64,000 bases of DNA from Auanema rhodensis. Its lineage: Eukaryota; Animalia; Nematoda. The position numbers were made by a program, and so were the translations under genes. This document shows, in pieces, positions 54,901 through 64,000 of the stretch (its first letter is position 1; each line of letters begins with the position of its first letter). The stretch covers positions 186,001 to 250,000 of the forward strand of contig CAXKVF010000085.1 of assembly GCA_964057225.1 (NCBI GenBank), written 5' to 3'. Under the pieces are notes generated by a model. It was not told the origin of the DNA and searched no databases. It saw only the letters and a list, made by a program, of their open reading frames with translations.

Positions 54901-57375
54901 GTAACTCGCTTCACGTGAAAGATAAAGAGATGCGGTTTTCAAAATTAGATTCCTCATGTCCATATTAGTCTAAAAACAAATTTTTATTGATATTGGTGCA
55001 TGGTAACCATGACTTTGAAATTTACGTGAACTTTAATTTATGCTAATTAAATGTACACGTGATGTGCACTTGGTATGTAACTCGCTTCACGTGAAAGATA
55101 AAGAGATGCGGTTTTCAAAGTTAGATTCCCCATGTCCATATTAGTCTAAAAACGAATTTTTATTGATATTGGTGCATGGTAACCACGACTTTGAAATTTA
55201 CGTGAACTTTAATTTATGCTAATTAAATGTACACGTGATGTGCACTTGGTATGTAACTCGCTTCACGTGAAAGATAAAGAGATGCGGTTTTCAAAATTAG
55301 ATTCCCCATGTCCATATTAGTCTAAAAACTAATTTTTATTGATATTGGTGCATGGTAACCATGACTTTGAAATTTACGTGAACTTTAATTTATGCTAATT
55401 AAATGTACACGTGATGTGCACTTGGTATGTAACTCGCTTCACGTGAAAGATAAAGAGATGCGGTTTTCAAAATTAGATTCCCCATGTCCATATTAGTCTA
55501 AAAACGAATTTTTATTGATATTGGTGCATGTTAACCACGACTTTGAAATTTACGTGAACTTTAATTTATGCTAATTAAATGTACACGTGATGTGCACTTG
55601 GTATGTAACTCGCTTCACGTGAAAGATAAAGAGATGCGGTTTTCAAAATTAGATTCCTCATGTCCATATTAGTCTAAAAACAAATTTTTATTGATATTGG
55701 TGCATGGTAACCATGACTTTGAAATTTACGTGAACTTTAATTTATGCTAATTAAATGTACACGTGATGTGCACTTGGTATGTAACTCGCTTCACGTGAAA
55801 GATAAAGAGATGCGGTTTTCAAAATTAGATTCCTCATGTCCATATTAGTCTAAAAACAAATTTTTATTGATATTGGTGCATGGTAACCATGATTTTGAAA
55901 TTTACGTGAACTTTAATTTATGCTAATTAAATGTACACGTGATGTGCACTTGGTATGTAACTCGCTTCACGTGAAAGATAAAGAGATGCGGTTTTCAAAG
56001 TTAGATTCCCCATGTCCATATTAGTCTAAAAACGAATTTTTGTTGATATTGGTGCATGGTAACCACGACTTTGAAATTTACGTGAACTTTAATTTATGCT
56101 AATTAAATGTACACGTGATGTGCACTTGGTATGTAACTCGCTTCACGTGAAAGATAAAGAGATGCGGTTTTCAAAATTAGATTCCCCATGTCCATATTAG
56201 TCTAAAAACTAATTTTTATTGATATTGGTGCATGGTAACCATGACTTTGAAATTTACGTGAACTTTAATTTATGCTAATTAAATGTACACGTGATGTGCA
56301 CTTGGTATGTAACTCGCTTCACGTGAAAGATAGAGAGATGCGGTTTTCAAAATTAGATTCCCCATGTCCATATTAGTCTAAAAACGAATTTTTATTGATA
56401 TTGGTGCATGGTAACCACGACTTTGAAATTTACGTGAACTTTAATTTATGCTAATTAAATGTACACGTGATGTGCACTTGGTATGTAACTCGCTTCACGT
56501 GAAAGATAAAGAGATGCGGTTTTCAAAATTAGATTCCTCATGTCCATATTAGTCTAAAAACAAATTTTTATTGATATTGGTGCATGGTAACCATGACTTT
56601 GAAATTTACGTGAACTTTAATTTATGCTAATTAAATGTACACGTGATGTGCACTTGGTATGTAACTCGCTTCACGTGAAAGATAAAGAGATGCGGTTTTC
56701 AAAATTAGATTCCTCATGTCCATATTAGTCTAAAAACAAATTTTTATTGATATTGGTGCATGGTAACCATGATTTTGAAATTTACGTGAACTTTAATTTA
56801 TGCTAATTAAATGTACACGTGATGTGCACTTGGTATGTAACTCGCTTCACGTGAAAGATAAAGAGATGCGGTTTTCAAAATTAGATTCCCTATGTCCATA
56901 TTAGTCTAAAAAAAAATTTTTATTGATATTGGTGCATGGTAACCATGACTTTGAAATTTACGTGAACTTTAATTTATGCTAATTAAATGTACACTTGATG
57001 TGCACTTGGTATGTAACTCGCTTCACGTGAAAGATAAAGAGATGCGGTTTTCAAAATTAGATTCCCCATGTCCATATTAGTCTAAAAACAAATTTTTATT
57101 GATATTGGTGCATGGTAACCATGACTTTGAAATTTACGTGAACTTTAATTTATGCTAATTAAATGTACACGTGATGTGCACTTGGTATGTAACTCGCTTC
57201 ACGTGAAAGATAAAGAGATGCGGTTTTCAAAATTAGATTCCCCATGTCCATATTAGTCTAAAAACAAATTTTTATTGATATTGCTTCATGGTAACCATGA
57301 CTTTGAAATTTACGTGAACTTTAATTTATGCTAATTAAATGTACACGTGATGTGCACTTGGTATGTAACTCGCTT

Positions 57376-60300
57376 CACGTGAAAGATAAAGAGATGCGGT
57401 TTTCAAAATTAGATTCCCCATGTCCATATTAGTCTAAAAACAAATTTTTATTGATATTGGTGCATGGTAACCATGACTTTGAAATTTACGTGAACTTTAA
57501 TTTATGCTAATTAAATGTACACGTGATGTGCACTTGGTATGTAACTCGCTTCACGTGAAAGATAAAGAGATGCGGTTTTCAAAATTAGATTCCCCATGTC
57601 CATATTAGTCTAAAAACAAATTTTTATTGATATTGGTGCATGGTAACCATGACTTTGAAATTTACGTGAACTTTAATTTATGCTAATTAAATGTACACGT
57701 GATGTGCACTTGGTATGTAACTCGCTTCACGTGAAAGATAAAGAGATGCGGTTTTCAAAATTAGATTCCTCATGTCCATATTAGTCTAAAAACAAATTTT
57801 TATTGATATTGGTGCATGGTAACCATGACTTTGAAATTTACGTGAACTTTAATTTATGCTAATTAAATGTACACGTGATGTGCACTTGGTATGTAACTCG
57901 CTTCACGTGAAAGATAAAGAGATGCGGTTTTCAAAATTAGATTCCCCATGTCCATATTAGTCTAAAAACAAATTTTTATTGATATTGGTGCATGGTAACC
58001 ATGACTTTGAAATTTACGTGAACTTTAATTTATGCTAATTAAATGTACACGTGATGTGCACTTGGTATGTAACTCGCTTCACGTGAAAGATAAAGAGATG
58101 CGGTTTTCAAAATTAGATTCCTCATGTCCATATTAGTCTAAAAACAAATTTTTATTGATATTGGTGCATGGTAACCATGACTTTGAAATTTACGTGAACT
58201 TTAATTTATGCTAATTAAATGTACACGTGATGTGCACTTGGTATGTAACTCGCTTCACGTGAAAGATAAAGAGATGCGGTTTTCAAAATTAGATTCCCCA
58301 TGTCCATATTAGTCTAAAAACAAATTTTTATTGATATTGGTGCATGGTAACCATGATTTTGAAATTTACGTGAACTTTAATTTATGCTAATTAAATGTAC
58401 ACGTGATGTGCACTTGGTATGTAACTCGCTTCACGTGAAAGATAAAGAGATGCGGTTTTCAAAATTAGATTCCCCATGTCCATATTAGTCTAAAAACAAA
58501 TTTTTATTGATATTGGTTCATGGTAACCATGACTTTGAAATTTACGTGAACTTTAATTTATGCTAATTAAATGTACACGTGATGTGCACTTGGTATGTAA
58601 CTCGCTTCACGTGAAAGATAAAGAGATGCGGTTTTCAAAATTAGATTCCCCATGTCCATATTAGTCTAAAAACAAATTTTTATTGATATTGGTGCATGGT
58701 AACCATGACTTTGAAATTTACGTGAACTTTAATTTATGCTAATTAAATGTACACGTGATGTGCACTTGGTATGTAACTCGCTTCACGTGAAAGATAAAGA
58801 GATGCGGTTTTCAAAATTAGATTCCCCATGTCCATATTAGTCTAAAAACAAATTTTTATTGATATTGGTGCATGGTAACCATGACTTTGAAATTTACGTG
58901 AACTTTAATTTATGCTAATTAAATGTACACGTGATGTGCACTTGGTATGTAACTCGCTTCACGTGAAAGATAAAGAGATGCGGTTTTCAAAATTAGATTC
59001 CTCATGTCCATATTAGTCTAAAAACAAATTTTTATTGATATTGGTGCATGGTAACCATGACTTTGAAATTTACGTGAACTTTAATTTATGCTAATTAAAT
59101 GTACACGTGATGTGCACTTGGTATGTAACTCGCTTCACGTGAAAGATAAAGAGATGCGGTTTTCAAAATTAGATTCCCCATGTCCATATTAGTCTAAAAA
59201 CAAATTTTTATTGATATTGGTGCATGGTAACCATGACTTTGAAATTTACGTGAACTTTAATTTATGCTAATTAAATGTACACGTGATGTGCACTTGGTAT
59301 GTAACTCGCTTCACGTGAAAGATAAAGAGATGCGGTTTTCAAAATTAGATTCCTCATGTCCATATTAGTCTAAAAACAAATTTTTATTGATATTGGTGCA
59401 TGGTAACCATGACTTTGAAATTTACGTGAACTTTAATTTATGCTAATTAAATGTACACGTGATGTGCACTTGGTATGTAACTCGCTTCACGTGAAAGATA
59501 AAGAGATGCGGTTTTCAAAATTAGATTCCCCATGTCCATATTAGTCTAAAAACAAATTTTTATTGATATTGGTGCATGGTAACCATGATTTTGAAATTTA
59601 CGTGAACTTTAATTTATGCTAATTAAATGTACACGTGATGTGCACTTGGTATGTAACTCGCTTCACGTGAAAGATAAAGAGATGCGGTTTTCAAAATTAG
59701 ATTCCCCATGTCCATATTAGTCTAAAAACAAATTTTTATTGATATTGGTTCATGGTAACCATGACTTTGAAATTTACGTGAACTTTAATTTATGCTAATT
59801 AAATGTACACGTGATGTGCACTTGGTATGTAACTCGCTTCACGTGAAAGATAAAGAGATGCGGTTTTCAAAATTAGATTCCCCATGTCCATATTAGTCTA
59901 AAAACAAATTTTTATTGATATTGGTGCATGGTAACCATGACTTTGAAATTTACGTGAACTTTAATTTATGCTAATTAAATGTACACGTGATGTGCACTTG
60001 GTATGTAACTCGCTTCACGTGAAAGATAAAGAGATGCGGTTTTCAAAATTAGATTCCCCATGTCCATATTAGTCTAAAAACAAATTTTTATTGATATTGG
60101 TGCATGGTAACCATGACTTTGAAATTTACGTGAACTTTAATTTATGCTAATTAAATGTACACGTGATGTGCACTTGGTATGTAACTCGCTTCACGTGAAA
60201 GATAAAGAGATGCGGTTTTCAAAATTAGATTCCTCATGTCCATATTAGTCTAAAAACAAATTTTTATTGATATTGGTGCATGGTAACCATGACTTTGAAA

Positions 60301-61250
60301 TTTACGTGAACTTTAATTTATGCTAATTAAATGTACACGTGATGTGCACTTGGTATGTAACTCGCTTCACGTGAAAGATAAAGAGATGCGGTTTTCAAAA
60401 TTAGATTCCTCATGTCCATATTAGTCTAAAAACAAATTTTTATTGATATTGGTGCATGGTAACCATGACTTTGAAATTTACGTGAACTTTAATTTATGCT
60501 AATTAAATGTACACGTGATGTGCACTTGGTATGTAACTCGCTTCACGTGAAAGATAAAGAGATGCGGTTTTCAAAATTAGATTCCCCATGTCCATATTAG
60601 TCTAAAAACAAATTTTTATTGATATTGGTGCATGGTAACCATGACTTTGAAATTTACGTGAACTTTAATTTATGCTAATTAAATGTACACGTGATGTGCA
60701 CTTGGTATGTAACTCGCTTCACGTGAAAGATAAAGAGATGCGGTTTTCAAAATTAGATTCCTCATGTCCATATTAGTCTAAAAACAAATTTTTATTGATA
60801 TTGGTGCATGGTAACCATGACTTTGAAATTTACGTGAACTTTAATTTATGCTAATTAAATGTACACGTGATGTGCACTTGGTATGTAACTCGCTTCACGT
60901 GAAAGATAAAGAGATGCGGTTTTCAAAATTAGATTCCCCATGTCCATATTAGTCTAAAAACAAATTTTTATTGATATTGGTGCATGGTAACCATGATTTT
61001 GAAATTTACGTGAACTTTAATTTATGCTAATTAAATGTACACGTGATGTGCACTTGGTATGTAACTCGCTTCACGTGAAAGATAAAGAGATGCGGTTTTC
61101 AAAATTAGATTCCCCATGTCCATATTAGTCTAAAAACAAATTTTTATTGATATTGGTTCATGGTAACCATGACTTTGAAATTTACGTGAACTTTAATTTA
61201 TGCTAATTAAATGTACACGTGATGTGCACTTGGTATGTAACTCGCTTCAC
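57376..61250. repeat. 7/8-monomer higher-order repeat, about 3 copies
   Basis: A C102T monomer followed by an 87T monomer recurs at 58357, 59589 (+1232) and 60997 (+1408), with interleaved C43T monomers in matching order. Confidence 0.75.
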
Positions 61251-62890
61251 GTGAAAGATAAAGAGATGCGGTTTTCAAAATTAGATTCCCCATGTCCATA
61301 TTAGTCTAAAAACAAATTTTTATTGATATTGCTTCATGGTAACCATGACTTTGAAATTTACGTGAACTTTAATTTATGCTAATTAAATGTACACGTGATG
61401 TGCACTTGGTATGTAACTCGCTTCACGTGAAAGATAAAGAGATGCGGTTTTCAAAATTAGATTCCCCATGTCCATATTAGTCTAAAAACAAATTTTTATT
61501 GATATTGGTGCATGGTAACCATGACTTTGAAATTTACGTGAACTTTAATTTATGCTAATTAAATGTACACGTGATGTGCACTTGGTATGTAACTCGCTTC
61601 ACGTGAAAGATAAAGAGATGCGGTTTTCAAAATTAGATTCCTCATGTCCATATTAGTCTAAAAACAAATTTTTATTGATATTGGTGCATGGTAACCATGA
61701 TTTTGAAATTTACGTGAACTTTAATTTATGCTAATTAAATGTACACGTGATGTGCACTTGGTATGTAACTCGCTTCACGTGAAAGATAAAGAGATGCGGT
61801 TTTCAAAATTAGATTCCCCATGTCCATATTAGTCTAAAAAAAAATTTTTATTGATATTGGTGCATGGTAACCATGACTTTGAAATTTACGTGAACTTTAA
61901 TTTATGCTAATTAAATGTACACTTGATGTGCACTTGGTATGTAACTCGCTTCACGTGAAAGATAAAGAGATGCGGTTTTCAAAATTAGATTCCCCATGTC
62001 CATATTAGTCTAAAAACAAATTTTTATTGATATTGGTTCATGGTAACCATGACTTTGAAATTTACGTGAACTTTAATTTATGCTAATTAAATGTACACGT
62101 GATGTGCACTTGGTATGTAACTCGCTTCACGTGAAAGATAAAGAGATGCGGTTTTCAAAATTAGATTCCCCATGTCCATATTAGTCTAAAAACAAATTTT
62201 TATTGATATTGCTTCATGGTAACCATGACTTTGAAATTTACGTGAACTTTAATTTATGCTAATTAAATGTACACGTGATGTGCACTTGGTATGTAACTCG
62301 CTTCACGTGAAAGATAAAGAGATGCGGTTTTCAAAATTAGATTCCCCATGTCCATATTAGTCTAAAAACAAATTTTTATTGATATTGGTGCATGGTAACC
62401 ATGACTTTGAAATTTACGTGAACTTTAATTTATGCTAATTAAATGTACACGTGATGTGCACTTGGTATGTAACTCGCTTCACGTGAAAGATAAAGAGATG
62501 CGGTTTTCAAAATTAGATTCCCCATGTCCATATTAGTCTAAAAACAAATTTTTATTGATATTGGTGCATGGTAACCATGACTTTGAAATTTACGTGAACT
62601 TTAATTTATGCTAATTAAATGTACACTTGATGTGCACTTGGTATGTAACTCGCTTCACGTGAAAGATGAAGAGATGCGGTTCTCAAAATTAGATTCCCCA
62701 TGTCCATATTAGTCTAAAAACAAATTTTTATTGATATTGGTGCATGGTAACCATGACTTTGAAATTTACGTGAACTTTAATTTATGCTAATTAAATGTAC
62801 ACGTGATGTGCACTTGGTATGTAACTCGCTTCACGTGAAAGATAAAGAGATGCGGTTTTCAAAATTAGATTCCCCATGTCCATATTAGTC

Positions 62891-62896
62891 TAAAAC
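62891..62896. other. Second 1-bp deletion in the same A-tract (TAAAAC vs TAAAAAC), giving a 175-bp monomer
   Basis: The register is -2 afterwards (monomer starts at 63359 and 63887). Confidence 0.93.
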
Positions 62897-64000
62897 AAAT
62901 TTTTATTGATATTGGTTCATGGTAACCATGACTTTGAAATTTACGTGAACTTTAATTTATGCTAATTAAATGTACACGTGATGTGCACTTGGTATGTAAC
63001 TCGCTTCACGTGAAAGATAAAGAGATGCGGTTTTCAAAATTAGATTCCCCATGTCCATATTAGTCTAAAAACAAATTTTTATTGATATTGGTGCATGGTA
63101 ACCATGACTTTGAAATTTACGTGAACTTTAATTTATGCTAATTAAATGTACACGTGATGTGCACTTGGTATGTAACTCGCTTCACGTGAAAGATAAAGAG
63201 ATGCGGTTTTCAAAATTAGATTCCCCATGTCCATATTAGTCTAAAAACAAATTTCTATTGATATTGGTGCATGGTAACCATGACTTTGAAATTTACGTTA
63301 ACTTTAATTTATGCTAATTAAATGTACACTTGATGTGCACTTGGTATGTAACTCTCTTCACGTGAAAGATGAAGAGATGCGGTTTTCAAAATTAGATTCC
63401 CCATGTCCATATTAGTCTAAAAACAAATTTTTATTAATATTGGTGCATGGTAACCATGACTTTGAAATTTACGTGAACTTTAATTTATGCTAATTAAATG
63501 TACACGTGATGTGCACTTGGTATGTAACTCGCTTCACGTGAAAGATAAAGAGATGCGGTTTTCAAAATTAGATTCCCCATGTCCATATTAGTCTAAAAAC
63601 AAATTTTTATTGATATTGGTGCATGGTAACCATGACTTTGAAATTTACGTGAACTTTAATTTATGCTAATTAAATGTACACGTGATGTGCACTTGGTATG
63701 TAACTCGCTTCACGTGAAAGATAAAGAGATGCGGTTTTCAAAATTAGATTCCCCATGTCCATATTAGTCTAAAAACAAATTTTTATTGATATTGCTTCAT
63801 GGTAACCATGACTTTGAAATTTACGTGAACTTTAATTTATGCTAATTAAATGTACACGTGATGTGCACTTGGTATGTAACTCGCTTCACGTGAAAGATAA
63901 AGAGATGCGGTTTTCAAAATTAGATTCCCCATGTCCATATTAGTCTAAAAACAAATTTTTATTGATATTGGTGCATGGTAACCATGACTTTGAAATTTAC

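Larger units (their letters stand above)
1..64000. repeat. Tandem satellite DNA array, 176-bp monomer, about 363.6 copies, all in one orientation; candidate centromeric/pericentromeric satellite extending beyond both window edges
   Basis: The CACGTG monomer start recurs at 1, 177, 353 and so on, and the register is exact at every 2640 bp (2641, 5281 ... 44881). It shifts by -1 after about 46175 and by -2 after about 62895. The last partial monomer starts at 63887. No non-satellite sequence was seen. The repeat call is direct; the centromeric role is inference. Confidence 0.99.

Noticed and set aside
1-64000. CRISPR array or other repeat-spacer system
   Set aside because: There are no unique spacers: the whole 176 bp is repeated contiguously. 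No cas or other genes are present.
1-64000. Information-bearing code in the order of monomer variants
   Set aside because: The variant order is adequately explained by nested duplications and recombination. Nothing in the sequence requires a functional code.
1-64000. Embedded transposon, inversion or telomeric repeat
   Set aside because: The 176-bp register holds throughout apart from two 1-bp deletions, leaving no room for an insertion, and no reverse-strand monomers were seen.

Overview
The whole 64 kb window is one uninterrupted head-to-tail tandem array of an AT-rich (about 32% GC) 176-bp satellite monomer: 363 complete copies plus a 114-bp partial copy. Consensus, phased to position 1: CACGTGAAAGATAAAGAGATGCGGTTTTCAAAATTAGATTCCCCATGTCCATATTAGTCTAAAAACAAATTTTTATTGATATTGGT[G/T]CATGGTAACCATGACTTTGAAATTTACGTGAACTTTAATTTATGCTAATTAAATGTACACGTGATGTGCACTTGGTATGTAACTCGCTT. 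Monomers differ from the consensus by about 0-5 substitutions, and I see only two net 1-bp deletions. I found no genes, RNA genes, transposons, inversions or CRISPR spacers; the single ORF is a stop-loss SNP in one monomer. The array looks like a eukaryotic centromeric or pericentromeric satellite core, but that function is inferred and I cannot name the family or organism. Two kinds of structure are of interest. First, the monomer has a hidden degenerate two-fold symmetry, with axes at monomer positions 67.5 and 155.5, plus phased E-box-like motifs. Second, shared SNPs record nested local duplications at offsets of 1-23 monomers, variant domains that turn over along the array, and long-range shared haplotypes. 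Variants are named by monomer position (e.g. A7G). All were read by eye, so rare variants may have been missed.
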